Below are positions 8,339 through 18,277 of a stretch of DNA of 64,000 bases, one piece after another (the first letter of the stretch is position 1; every line of letters begins with the position of its first letter). The DNA is taken from positions 19,882-83,881 of the forward strand of contig CAZJAT010000005.1 in assembly GCA_964544145.1 (NCBI GenBank). The letters are read 5' to 3'. The translations under genes and the position numbers were made by a program. The DNA comes from an uncultured Bacteroidales bacterium. Lineage in GTDB: Bacteria; Hydrothermota; 32-111. The notes below the pieces were generated by a model. It did no database searches, was not told the origin of the DNA, and saw only the letters and a list, made by a program, of their open reading frames with translations.

Positions 8339-9209
8339 AGAGACAAATATTAAAGAATGCAGACTTTTATCAAGGGGTAAGGTAAGGGATATATATGAAT
8401 TTAATGATAATCTGCTTATTATAACTACGGACAGAATATCAGCATTTGATTATATCCTCAATCAAACAGTTCCGGACAAAGGAAAGGTGCTGAACCAAAT
8501 TGCCTTATTCTTCTTTGAAATGACAGAGGATATTATTGAAAATCATCTTATTCATGCTGACTTCAAGCGTTTACCAGATTTTCTTAAAAAATACGAATAT
8601 CTTAAAGACAGATTTGTTGTAGTAAAAAAAGCTGATCCTCTACCTGTAGAATGCATTATAAGAGGATATATCACGGGAAGCGGTTGGAAGGAATATAAAA
8701 GTGCTCATACAATAGGGGGAATGCAAGTTGAACAGGAAATGGTGGAATCAGAAAAATTTATAAAGCCGCTTTTCACTCCCTCAACAAAGGCAGTTGAGGG
8801 GCATGATGAAAACATCACATTTGATAGTATGAAGCAAATTATTGGTAATGATTTGGGAGATGAAGTTAAGATTAAGACAGAAAAGATTTTTGAAAAATGC
8901 ACTGAATATGCATTGAAAAAGGATATTATTATTGCAGACACCAAAATGGAATTTGGTCTGTTGAATAATAAGCTTATTATTATTGATGAATTACTTACAC
9001 CTGATTCATCAAGATTTTGGGATGTAAGTGATTATGAGAAAGGCAGACCACAGAAATCATATGACAAGCAGTATATAAGGGACTATCTCTTGTCAACTGA
9101 TTGGGACAGGAACTCGGCTCCACCTGATATTCCAGATAGTATAATAAAAGATACAACAATGATATATAGAAATATATTCAGGAAATTAACCGGCAATGAA
9201 TTATCCTGA
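8331..9209 (+). CDS. purC: Phosphoribosylaminoimidazole-succinocarboxamide (SAICAR) synthase
   Basis: LSRGKVRDIYEF...LIITTDRISAFD signature of PurC; 292 aa. Confidence 0.88.
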   Translation: MIKETNIKECRLLSRGKVRDIYEFNDNLLIITTDRISAFDYILNQTVPDKGKVLNQIALFFFEMTEDIIENHLIHADFKRLPDFLKKYEYLKDRFVVVKKADPLPVECIIRGYITGSGWKEYKSAHTIGGMQVEQEMVESEKFIKPLFTPSTKAVEGHDENITFDSMKQIIGNDLGDEVKIKTEKIFEKCTEYALKKDIIIADTKMEFGLLNNKLIIIDELLTPDSSRFWDVSDYEKGRPQKSYDKQYIRDYLLSTDWDRNSAPPDIPDSIIKDTTMIYRNIFRKLTGNELS

Positions 9210-11673
9210 CAATATACTAAGTAAAATTCAAAATCCGGCTCAATATACCGGAAATGAATACAATATAATTAAAAAGAATTCCAATGGAAAAATAAGAATG
9301 ATTTTCAGTTTCCCTGATCTCTATTCAATTGGAATGTCTTCATATGGACATAATCTGCTTTATCAGATGTTCAATCAGTATTTTGATGTGTATGCTGAAC
9401 GAGTGTATGCTGTGGAAAAGGATATGGAGTCTGCCATAAGGGAAGGACATATACATTTGAGATCGCTTGAAACTGGAATGGATGTAAGAGAATCCGATTT
9501 TATCGGCTTCACTCTTGAATCTGAAATGACATATACAAATGTATTGCAGATACTTGAACTTTCCGGCATTCATATATTATCGGAGGAAAGAGAGGAAGAT
9601 GAACCGATAGTCTGTGCTGGGGGGACTGCTGTTTATAATCCTTTGCCCATGAATGCATTTATTGATGTTTTCTTTATAGGTGAAGCAGAGAAGATGGCTG
9701 ATGATATTGTCAATATTTTGAGAAAGAAAAAAACTGATAATCTGTCACGAAATGAAACAATACAGCTCTTTGATGAATTGCCGTATACTTATGTGCATTT
9801 GAATACAGGAAGTGAAAAGGATGTTTATCAGGTTACAGCTGATAAAATTGATTCCTTTAAATATTTTAAACGTCCATTGGTACCCAGCTCAAAGGTGGTC
9901 CATGACCGTGTTGTCATTGAATTGAGCAGAGGCTGCACAAGGGGATGCCGATTCTGCCAGGCAGGCTATATATACAGACCTGTGAGAGAAACAAAGAGTG
10001 AAGACATTGTCAGCAGCGCAGTGACACAGATAGCTGCAACAGGATATAAAGAGGTATCACTTCTCTCTCTTTCTGCAACTGATTACACATGTATTAATGA
10101 GCTCCTGAGATCATTGACTGAAGCATTGAATGGTGAACAGGCATCAGTCAGTCTTCCCTCATTGAGAGTTGGAACAGTGGATGAAGCAATTTATGAGCAA
10201 TTATCACAGGTTAGAAAAGCAGGTATAACCATTGCGCTTGAAACTGCTTCTGAACGGATGAAGGCTATAATCAATAAAAACATTTCAGAAGAAGAAGTTA
10301 TCAGAACAGTGGAATCCGGTTTAACATTCGGTTGGAAACATTTCAAATTATACTTTATGATCGGTTTGCCTTTTGAAACAGATGAAGATGTTGTTGCTAT
10401 TGCTGATATTGTTAATCGCATCTCTCAGCAATTCAAGAAAGTCAGATTCAATGTTTCTGTATCACCTTTTGTACCGAGACCTTTCACACCTTTTCAGTGG
10501 GTGGAACAGGCTTCAATGGAAACTATAGCCAGACGTGAAAAAATTATATCGGAAAACATACGAAGCAGAAATGTGGATTTGAGTTATAGAGAACCGGAAA
10601 TATCGCTGCTTGAAGGTGTATTTGCAAGAGGTGATGATGATTTATGCAGATTGATCCTTAAAGCATATAATAAAGGTGCAAGGCTTGATCAGTGGAGTGA
10701 ACATTTTGACTTTAAATTATGGATGAAAGCAGCAGAGGAAGAAAATATTGATTTTGATAAATACAGAGAGGCATATAAGCCTGATGAACAACTGCCTTGG
10801 GATTTCATTAAGACAAAAGTATCACGTTCTTATCTTGAAATGGAATATTTTGCCGCTCAGAACAGATCCTATACAGAGGACTGCAGAGATTCTGTATGCA
10901 CACAATGTTCTGCCTGCAATGGTGAAATAGCAGGTGAAAAAAAACAATTGAAAGCCCATGAAAAAGAGGAGTCAGGTTTCAAAAGAAGAAAGAGAATAAA
11001 AATCATTGCATCGCAGGAAAGGAGAATCAAATTATTTATGGCATATACTGTATCAGAGGATTTTAAATATATATCACATCTTGCAATGATTAATCTGCTA
11101 TCTGCAGGTATGAGAAGAAGTGGAATTGATTTTCTTTATACACAGGGTTTTAATCCAAAAATAAAAGCTGTTTATGGACCGCCAAAACCAGTTGGAGTAT
11201 TCTCTGATATGGAAATAATGGAAGCATTTGTTTTAAGCAAACCTAATGCTGATATTATCAATGATATTAATAGAGCAATGCCTGATGGTATTCGTTTTAC
11301 ACATATTAGAGAAATGGTATCTGACAAAATGTCAGTAATGAAACAGTTGAATAGATTATCTATGATTGTTGAGACTGAAATAACTGAAAGTATAAGGGAA
11401 AACATAAAAACATTCATTGACAGTAAATCTTTCATCACCAAACGATTAAAAAATGATAGAATAGAAGAAGTGGATATAAGACCTTTTGTTGAAAGGATTG
11501 ATATATTTGATTCTTATATAAGGATTATATTACTGTATAATATACAGGGAGGAGTTAAATTTGAGGAGCTTATCAGAGATGTTTTGAATATTGGAGAACA
11601 GGAGAAGAGAATAAGAAGAGAAAAATTTTATAAAATCGAAAATAATATTGAACATTCAATAGAGGAATTATGA
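9196..11673 (+). CDS. Radical SAM protein of the uncharacterised TIGR03960-like family, fused to a C-terminal DUF2344-like (TIGR03936) domain
   Basis: CxxxCxxC motif SRGCTRGCRFCQAG. 825 aa, i.e. longer than a stand-alone rSAM. Sits immediately upstream of an RNase E/G gene, a linkage I recall for this family. Confidence 0.65.
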   Translation: MNYPDNILSKIQNPAQYTGNEYNIIKKNSNGKIRMIFSFPDLYSIGMSSYGHNLLYQMFNQYFDVYAERVYAVEKDMESAIREGHIHLRSLETGMDVRESDFIGFTLESEMTYTNVLQILELSGIHILSEEREEDEPIVCAGGTAVYNPLPMNAFIDVFFIGEAEKMADDIVNILRKKKTDNLSRNETIQLFDELPYTYVHLNTGSEKDVYQVTADKIDSFKYFKRPLVPSSKVVHDRVVIELSRGCTRGCRFCQAGYIYRPVRETKSEDIVSSAVTQIAATGYKEVSLLSLSATDYTCINELLRSLTEALNGEQASVSLPSLRVGTVDEAIYEQLSQVRKAGITIALETASERMKAIINKNISEEEVIRTVESGLTFGWKHFKLYFMIGLPFETDEDVVAIADIVNRISQQFKKVRFNVSVSPFVPRPFTPFQWVEQASMETIARREKIISENIRSRNVDLSYREPEISLLEGVFARGDDDLCRLILKAYNKGARLDQWSEHFDFKLWMKAAEEENIDFDKYREAYKPDEQLPWDFIKTKVSRSYLEMEYFAAQNRSYTEDCRDSVCTQCSACNGEIAGEKKQLKAHEKEESGFKRRKRIKIIASQERRIKLFMAYTVSEDFKYISHLAMINLLSAGMRRSGIDFLYTQGFNPKIKAVYGPPKPVGVFSDMEIMEAFVLSKPNADIINDINRAMPDGIRFTHIREMVSDKMSVMKQLNRLSMIVETEITESIRENIKTFIDSKSFITKRLKNDRIEEVDIRPFVERIDIFDSYIRIILLYNIQGGVKFEELIRDVLNIGEQEKRIRREKFYKIENNIEHSIEEL

Positions 11674-13160
11674 ATTCATTATATATAACAGAAATGCACA
11701 ATGATGTGATTATTGCATACAGAAGTGAAGGAAAACTGACCGAGATTATGGTGGAAAATGAAAAGAGTCAGTCAATAATAGGCAATATCTATAAAGCAAA
11801 GGTAATATCAGTATCATCAGGCCTTAAGGCTGCTTTTGTTGATTATGGGGAGAGGAAAAAGGGTTTTCTTCCTCTTAATTCATCAGATGGAAGAGTGAAA
11901 TTCTCTTTAGAGGGAGTTATTGATGAAGATGTTTTTGCTGAGAGAAAAATAAATGAGAATGATGAAATACTTGTTCAAATCGAGAGAGAACAGATCAGTG
12001 TTAAAGGCGCAAGATTGACATCATATATAACAATACCGGGTAATTTTATGGTATTGGTGCCTGATGTTCATTTTGTAGGTGTATCAAAGAAGATTAGAGA
12101 CAGGAAATTCAGAAATGAAATAAAGCAGTATATCAGAAAATTCCTGGATCCCAATATGGGTGTTATCATCCGGACAGCTGCTTATGATGCTCGAAAATCT
12201 CAAATAAAAAAAGAATACAAAGATTTGGTTAATATGTGGAAAAAAGTAGAGAAAAATACTGCATCACTAGAAACGCCTGCACTGGTGTTTAAAGAAAGTT
12301 CATTTATCATCAAAACAATAAGAAATATTATGAAAAAGGGATTGGATGAAATCATCACAGATTCAAAGGACACATATAATGATATTATGCGTTATTTTTC
12401 CTTTGTTAATCCGCGTATGAAGAAAAAGGTTTCTTTTTATCAATTTGAAGTGCCATTACTGTCATATCATGAGATTGACAGGGAGATGGAAACAATGTTT
12501 GACGACAATGTATATCTCAAACATGGTGCATATATTATTATTGAACCGACAGAAGCACTAACTGCAATAGATGTAAATAGCGGGAAAATGTCAAGAAAGA
12601 TAGATAATAAAAATCTGATAACAGATGTTAATTTGATGGCAGCAGAGGAAATCGCACGCCAGCTACAGTTAAGGGATATCGGAGGTCTGATTGTTGTTGA
12701 TTTTATTGATATGAATGATGAGGTAAGCAAACGAAAGGTAGTATCTGAATTTAAGAGGTTTCTGCGCAATGACAGATCCACAACAAGGGTATTAAAGGTA
12801 TCTAAATTCGGATTAGTGGAGATGACGAGGAAGAGGGTGCGCCCTACTGCCATTGATCTTTTTGTTGAAAAATGCAATTGCTGCCAAGGTAAGGGATATA
12901 CACCGAAACCGGTATATACTGCATTAAAATTTGTACGTTGGCTTAAGGAAAACGGGAAGACATACAAGAATGATACATTGATTGTTACAGGCAGAGAAGA
13001 TGTGATAAATGAAATAAACAAAATTTTGAAACCCTATCTGCGTTCTATAATGAAAGATTGGATGCTTGATATCAAGATTGAAGATAATGAAGGAATAAAA
13101 AAGGGATTTCTTGAGATCTATTCCTATAAGAAGCTGGAAAAGGTTGCAGCAATAAATTAA
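11670..13160 (+). CDS. rng: Ribonuclease G/E family endoribonuclease
   Basis: N-terminal S1 domain IGNIYKAKVISVSSGLKAAFVDYGERKKGFLPL; catalytic-domain block IIEPTEALTAIDVNSGK; 496 aa; overlaps upstream gene by 4 nt. Confidence 0.85.
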   Translation: MNSLYITEMHNDVIIAYRSEGKLTEIMVENEKSQSIIGNIYKAKVISVSSGLKAAFVDYGERKKGFLPLNSSDGRVKFSLEGVIDEDVFAERKINENDEILVQIEREQISVKGARLTSYITIPGNFMVLVPDVHFVGVSKKIRDRKFRNEIKQYIRKFLDPNMGVIIRTAAYDARKSQIKKEYKDLVNMWKKVEKNTASLETPALVFKESSFIIKTIRNIMKKGLDEIITDSKDTYNDIMRYFSFVNPRMKKKVSFYQFEVPLLSYHEIDREMETMFDDNVYLKHGAYIIIEPTEALTAIDVNSGKMSRKIDNKNLITDVNLMAAEEIARQLQLRDIGGLIVVDFIDMNDEVSKRKVVSEFKRFLRNDRSTTRVLKVSKFGLVEMTRKRVRPTAIDLFVEKCNCCQGKGYTPKPVYTALKFVRWLKENGKTYKNDTLIVTGREDVINEINKILKPYLRSIMKDWMLDIKIEDNEGIKKGFLEIYSYKKLEKVAAIN

Positions 13161-13285
13161 CAATTTGTATATTGTCTGCATGAGCAATGTATATGTGCTG
13201 AAATCGGGGATTATTGTTTTGGAATCCTTCTTAAACGAATAAATAACATGATTTATACAACGATTGTCAAAATCGTGTATACCTG

Positions 13286-13313
13286 TTGAAATTTGTCCAT
13301 TTAATAGTATAAT
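13286..13313 (+). promoter_or_regulatory. Putative sigma70-type promoter for the gcv operon (TTGAAA-N16-TATAAT)
   Basis: TTGAAA at ~13286-13291 and TATAAT at ~13308-13313, about 50 nt upstream of the gcvT GTG start. Confidence 0.35.
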
Positions 13314-13363
13314 ATTTATCTGATTTTAAGAGATATTTTATATTATTTTAAAATGGAGGACCT

Positions 13364-14455
13364 GTGGATAAAAAGACAGCATTGTATGATGCACACATTG
13401 AAAAAGGCGGGAAAATGGTTCCCTTTGCCGGTTATATTATGCCTGTTCAGTTTCAGGGTATTGTTCACGAAGTAAAACGTGTACGCTCAACTGCTGGTGT
13501 ATTTGATGTTTCACATATGGGAGAAATTAATGTTACAGGTGAAAGAAGAAAAGAATTTGTAAATCATATTACAACAAATAATGTAATGGATTTAAAACCG
13601 AATCAGGTTCAATATTCAATGATGCTCTATGAAAACGGTGGTATTGTTGATGACCTGCTTGTTTATAATCTGAAAGACAGAATTCTGCTTGTTGTTAATG
13701 CTTCAAACACAGATAAGGATTTTGAATGGATAATGAACAACAAATGGGATGATGTCGAGATTGAGAATATTTCATCATCAATTTCACAGATTGCACTGCA
13801 GGGACCTAAATCAAATGATATTATGAAAGAGCTGACAGATTATGATCTTGATTCAATACCGTTTTACCATGCAGCAGAGACAGATGTGTGCGGTATAAAT
13901 GCTGTATTGTCAAGAACCGGTTATACGGGTGAAGATGGATTTGAGATATATATGCCCAATGAACATGCAATGAATATATATAAGAAGATGATGAACGCCG
14001 GAGCAGAATATGATATTGAACCCATAGGTCTGGGTGCAAGAGATACACTTCGCTTAGAGATGAGATATATGCTGTATGGCAATGATATTACAAAGGACAC
14101 AACACCTCTTGAAGCGGGACTTTCATGGGCAGTCAAAATGACAAAGGATGAATTTATAGGCAGGGATGTATTGATAAAACAGAAAGAAGACGGGTTAACA
14201 AAACGCTTATGTGCATTTGAAATGCTTGAACGGGGCATACCCAGGCATGATTACAGGATATTTATTGATAATGAAGATATGGGTTTTGTTACAAGCGGCA
14301 ATGCTTCACCGTCATTGGATAAATACATAGGACTGGGTTATGTGAAGGTACCATATAATAAAGTAGGTAATGAGATCTATATTCAGATAAGAGATAAAAT
14401 GGTTAAGGCTTTGACAGTTAAACCGCCATTCTATAAGAATGGTTCACACAAATAG
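13364..14455 (+). CDS. gcvT: Glycine cleavage system T protein (aminomethyltransferase), GTG start
   Basis: TALYDAHIEKGGKMVPFAGYIMPVQF...; 363 aa; SD GGAGGA 5 nt upstream of GTG. Confidence 0.9.
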   Translation: MDKKTALYDAHIEKGGKMVPFAGYIMPVQFQGIVHEVKRVRSTAGVFDVSHMGEINVTGERRKEFVNHITTNNVMDLKPNQVQYSMMLYENGGIVDDLLVYNLKDRILLVVNASNTDKDFEWIMNNKWDDVEIENISSSISQIALQGPKSNDIMKELTDYDLDSIPFYHAAETDVCGINAVLSRTGYTGEDGFEIYMPNEHAMNIYKKMMNAGAEYDIEPIGLGARDTLRLEMRYMLYGNDITKDTTPLEAGLSWAVKMTKDEFIGRDVLIKQKEDGLTKRLCAFEMLERGIPRHDYRIFIDNEDMGFVTSGNASPSLDKYIGLGYVKVPYNKVGNEIYIQIRDKMVKALTVKPPFYKNGSHK

Positions 14456-14464
14456 GAGGAAACG

Positions 14465-14848
14465 ATGAACGCACCTAAGGATTTGAAATATACAAAATCA
14501 CATGAATGGATCAAAATAGATGGTAATATTGCTATTCAGGGTATTACAGATTATGCGCAGAATGAATTATCTGATATTGCATTCGTTGAATTGCCTGACA
14601 TAGGAAATGCAGTTAAAATGGGTGAGTCCTGCGGTACTATTGAAGCTGTAAAAGCAGTATCAGATCTCTATGCTGCTGTTTCTGGAGAGATTGTGGAAAT
14701 TAATAATTCAATTGCAGATGGTCCTGAAATTATCAATGAGGATGCATTCGGTAAAGGATGGTTTTTTAAGATTAAAATGAATGACATTGCAGAAGTTGAT
14801 AAATTGTTGAATGCTGAAGAATATGTAAAATTCACTGAAGAAGAATAA
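14465..14848 (+). CDS. gcvH: Glycine cleavage system H protein (lipoyl carrier)
   Basis: YTKSHEWIKIDG...ESCGTIEAVKAVSDLYAAVSGEI with lipoyl-Lys in EAVKAV; 127 aa. Confidence 0.9.
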   Translation: MNAPKDLKYTKSHEWIKIDGNIAIQGITDYAQNELSDIAFVELPDIGNAVKMGESCGTIEAVKAVSDLYAAVSGEIVEINNSIADGPEIINEDAFGKGWFFKIKMNDIAEVDKLLNAEEYVKFTEEE

Positions 14849-14858
14849 TGGAGAAAAT

Positions 14859-16196
14859 ATGAAATATATTCCTTCCGGAAAAAAGGAATTTGAAGATATG
14901 CTCAAGGGATTGGGTATAAAATCATTTGATGAATTAATAACACATATCCCGGAACAGATGCGTGATAGGGATCTTCAAATTGAAGAGGGCATATCTGAAT
15001 TCGAATTAATGAAAAAAGCAAAATTGATTGCTGGAAAAAACAAAAATACCGCAAATAACATCTCATTTATGGGCTGTGGTATTTATGATCATTATATTCC
15101 CCCCGCAGTGAGACACATTGCATTGAGACCCGAGTTTTACACTGCTTATACACCATATCAGGCTGAGGTGTCCCAGGGTACATTGCAGGTAATATATGAA
15201 TTTCAATCAATGATTTGTGAGCTGTATGACATGGATATATCCAATGCTTCAATGTATGATGGTGCATCATCCACTGCTGAGGCATGCCATATGGCAATTG
15301 GTATTCAAAAGAAAAAGAGTATATTATTGTCTGACATGCTTCATCCGTCAATAAAAGCAGTTATAGGCACATATCTAAAGGGAATGGATATTCAATATGA
15401 CACAGTTAGTTCAATAAATGGTTTAACAGATATATTGGATCTAAAGAATAAACTAACCGATAATACTGCGGCATTTGTAATACAGACACCCAATTTCCTT
15501 GGTTGCCTGGAAGACATGGCAGGAATTGCAGAAATAGTAAAAAACAGCAGTGCAATGCTGATTGTAAATCAAAATCCCATGTCATTGGGTTTACTGAAAC
15601 CCCCTGGTTTCTATGATGCAGATATTGCAGTAGGGGAAGCTCAGACATTGGGCATACAACAGGCATTCGGCGGTCCTCTGATAGGTGTATTTACTGCAAA
15701 AAAACAATATGCACGTTCTATGCCAGGCAGAATTATAGGTAAAACGGTTGATATTAAGAATCGAGAAGGATATGTAATGACCCTGCAAACAAGGGAACAG
15801 CATATAAGAAGAGAAAAAGCAACAAGTAATATATGTACAAATGAAGGATTATGTCTTCTTATGTCAACAGTCTATATGGAGCTTTTAGGAAGAGAAGGTT
15901 TTTATACTGTATCAAGGGATTCTGCTGCAGCAGCACATTATCTGCAAACCAGTATGAATGGTATAAGCGGTATTGAAATGATTTATAATAATGAGTTTTA
16001 TAATGAATTTCCGGTAAAGATAAAAAACCTCAATACTGTTTATGAAGATATGAAAAAACTTGGATATTTGATGGGAGTTAAAATGCATCAATTTGGAGAT
16101 AAATACAAGGATGTAATTCTGCTCGCTGCTACTGAAAAGAGGTCCAGGCAAGAAATTGATAAATTTATCATGGATTTGAAAGGGGTGTGTAAATGA
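14859..16196 (+). CDS. gcvPA: Glycine dehydrogenase (decarboxylating) subunit 1 (P-protein alpha)
   Basis: 445 aa; conserved GcvPA blocks (ALRPEFYTAYTPYQAEVSQGTLQ, GGPLIGVF). Follows gcvT-gcvH. Confidence 0.88.
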   Translation: MKYIPSGKKEFEDMLKGLGIKSFDELITHIPEQMRDRDLQIEEGISEFELMKKAKLIAGKNKNTANNISFMGCGIYDHYIPPAVRHIALRPEFYTAYTPYQAEVSQGTLQVIYEFQSMICELYDMDISNASMYDGASSTAEACHMAIGIQKKKSILLSDMLHPSIKAVIGTYLKGMDIQYDTVSSINGLTDILDLKNKLTDNTAAFVIQTPNFLGCLEDMAGIAEIVKNSSAMLIVNQNPMSLGLLKPPGFYDADIAVGEAQTLGIQQAFGGPLIGVFTAKKQYARSMPGRIIGKTVDIKNREGYVMTLQTREQHIRREKATSNICTNEGLCLLMSTVYMELLGREGFYTVSRDSAAAAHYLQTSMNGISGIEMIYNNEFYNEFPVKIKNLNTVYEDMKKLGYLMGVKMHQFGDKYKDVILLAATEKRSRQEIDKFIMDLKGVCK

Positions 16197-16435
16197 TTTT
16201 TGTGACTAAGATGGATATTATTTCAGGTAAGACAGATGAAGCAATTGAATTGGTGAAAACTGTAAAAGCACCTGATAATATAAAAATAAATAATTTTTAT
16301 CAAATGTTCGGTAAACCGGATTTCTACCTTATATTTGAAGCTCCTGATGAAGACAAAGCACTTGATTTTGTGATGCACTACACTTCAGCATTGGACACAT
16401 CTACATCACTAGGTATATCAATAGATGAACTGTAG
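16193..16435 (+). CDS. GYD-domain-like small protein
   Basis: 80 aa; GKPDFYLIFEAPDED resembles the GYD-family core (G.YD...I.E.PD); 4-nt overlap with gcvPA. Confidence 0.4.
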   Translation: MIFVTKMDIISGKTDEAIELVKTVKAPDNIKINNFYQMFGKPDFYLIFEAPDEDKALDFVMHYTSALDTSTSLGISIDEL

Positions 16436-16440
16436 GTTTT

Positions 16441-16956
16441 ATGAATAAAGGTAAAACTCATATATATACCGGTAATGGAAAAGGTAAAACAACGGCAGCT
16501 TTGGGATTAGCAATGAGAGCAGTGGGACATGGCATGAGTGTTATTATGATTCAATTTATGAAGAAAAATGAAATGTATGGTGAATATGCAGTGATGAGTA
16601 AAATTGCTCAAATAGAACAATTCGGCACAAATGAATTTGTCAATCTTGACAATCCAACAGATATTGATATTAGTGAAGCAGAGTCCGGATTAAAATTTGC
16701 TGAAACGATAATTATGGCAGGAACATATGATGTAATTATTCTCGATGAAATACTTGTTGCTGTTTCATTTGGTTTGATACCTGAAGATAGCGTTATTGAA
16801 TTAATGAAATTGTGCAGGGGAAATGCTGAATTGATATTAACAGGCAGGGGTGCAAGTGATGTTATAATTGATGAAGCTGATTTAGTAACTGAAATGTGTG
16901 AAATAAAACATTATTACAGTAAGGGTATAATCGCACGGGAAGGTGTTGAATATTGA
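16441..16956 (+). CDS. cobO: Cob(I)yrinic acid a,c-diamide / cob(I)alamin adenosyltransferase (CobO/CobA/BtuR family)
   Basis: P-loop TGNGKGKTTAALGLAMRAVGHG near the N-terminus, 171 aa, characteristic of the CobA-type ATR. Confidence 0.85.
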   Translation: MNKGKTHIYTGNGKGKTTAALGLAMRAVGHGMSVIMIQFMKKNEMYGEYAVMSKIAQIEQFGTNEFVNLDNPTDIDISEAESGLKFAETIIMAGTYDVIILDEILVAVSFGLIPEDSVIELMKLCRGNAELILTGRGASDVIIDEADLVTEMCEIKHYYSKGIIAREGVEY

Positions 16957-17891
16957 CTGAAAAATTATTAAAAGAATTTATTAGCGGTGATAAAAAAGCT
17001 TTAGCAAGGATTATCACATTGATTGAAAACGAGACATCACAGGGAATAGAATTACTCAGCAATATTTACACTATAGATAAAATGGGATATCGAATAGGAA
17101 TAACCGGTGCTCCGGGTGTAGGGAAGTCAACTACAGTCAATGCTCTGATAGAACAATTTACAGATAAAGAAAGTATTGGTATAATCGCAGTTGACCCTTC
17201 AAGTCCTTTTACAGGAGGGGCAATACTTGGTGATCGACTAAGAATGACAAATAGTTTAAAATATGAAAATGTTTACATACGTTCTGCCGCATCAAGGGGA
17301 TCAATGGGAGGACTTGCTACTTCAACTGAAAGTATAGCAACTGCTATGGAAAAATTCGGCAAATCTACAATATTGATTGAAACAGTCGGTGTAGGGCAGA
17401 GTGAATTGGATGTAATGGAGATTGCGGATACTGTGATAGTCATTTTAGTGCCGGAATCAGGAGATTCAATTCAAGCAATGAAAGCAGGGATAATGGAAAT
17501 AGGAGATATTTTTGTGATAAATAAATCTGACAGAGAAGGTGCAGACCGAGCAGTTCAGTATGTAAAATCAGTATTATCAATGAATGGAAAGAAAAAATGG
17601 AATCCGCCTGTAATTAAGATGAGTGCAAAACAGAACTTGAATGCGGATAAATTAATGGAATCTATTCTAAAACATAAAAAGTATCTTGAAGAGAATAAGT
17701 TGTTTGAAGCTAACAGGGAAAAAAGAAGAAAAAAGGAAATTGAAGAAATTATGAGGGATATGTTCAGCAGAGTAATAAGAAAAAAACTAAATAATTATAA
17801 TTATTCTGAATTTTCCCCCCATAAGATGGCAGAGCAGATTATGAAAAATATTGAAAAAAAAGATATGGAGGAATTATGGAAAAAAGGATAA
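16953..17891 (+). CDS. meaB: Methylmalonyl-CoA mutase-associated G-protein (MeaB/ArgK family metallochaperone)
   Basis: [17 protein letters not shown] Walker A, 312 aa; overlaps cobO by 4 nt. Confidence 0.85.
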   Translation: MTEKLLKEFISGDKKALARIITLIENETSQGIELLSNIYTIDKMGYRIGITGAPGVGKSTTVNALIEQFTDKESIGIIAVDPSSPFTGGAILGDRLRMTNSLKYENVYIRSAASRGSMGGLATSTESIATAMEKFGKSTILIETVGVGQSELDVMEIADTVIVILVPESGDSIQAMKAGIMEIGDIFVINKSDREGADRAVQYVKSVLSMNGKKKWNPPVIKMSAKQNLNADKLMESILKHKKYLEENKLFEANREKRRKKEIEEIMRDMFSRVIRKKLNNYNYSEFSPHKMAEQIMKNIEKKDMEELWKKG

Positions 17892-18277
17892 GGGTACTTA
17901 TCGCTAAACCGGGACTTGACGGGCATGACAGAGGAGCTAAGGTTATTGCGAGAGCATTATCAGATGCAGGAATGGAAGTTATTTATACAGGATTGCACCA
18001 GACACCGGAAAACATTATAAAGACAGCTATTGAAGAAGATGTTGATGTGGTTGGACTGTCAATTCTCTCAGGAGCGCATATGACTATTATCCCTAAAGTC
18101 ATTGAATTATTGAGGGTAGAAGGAAGAGATGATGTATTATTGACAGGCGGAGGAATTATTCCTGAAGATGATATGAAAAAATTGGAACAAATGGGTTCAG
18201 GCAAATTGTTCGGCCCGGGTTCAAAAACGTCTGATATCATTGAATATATAAATGAATGGTATAATAAAAATAAATAA
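17876..18277 (+). CDS. B12-binding small subunit/domain of a methylmalonyl-CoA mutase-type acyl-CoA mutase
   Basis: [23 protein letters not shown]...[10 protein letters not shown] contains the DxHxxG cobalamin-binding motif; 133 aa, as in split archaeal/clostridial MCM small subunits. Confidence 0.8.
   Translation: MEKRIRVLIAKPGLDGHDRGAKVIARALSDAGMEVIYTGLHQTPENIIKTAIEEDVDVVGLSILSGAHMTIIPKVIELLRVEGRDDVLLTGGGIIPEDDMKKLEQMGSGKLFGPGSKTSDIIEYINEWYNKNK

Noticed and set aside
13264-13277. TTGTCAAAATCGTG resembles the TGTCAAAATG(T/C)CAAGG arm of the REP
   Set aside because: Only ~10 nt match, the GC-rich palindromic head is missing, and there is no inverted partner; most likely chance similarity in an AT-rich leader.
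13161-13363. Looked for a glycine riboswitch (tandem aptamers with GGAGAG...CTCTGGAGAG/ACCGAAGGGGCAA-type cores) in the 200-nt leader upstream of gcvT
   Set aside because: None of the conserved aptamer core strings are present. The region is AT-rich with only a plausible sigma70 promoter and a 5-bp inverted repeat (CGATT-N5-AATCG); gcvT regulation here is presumably not riboswitch-based.
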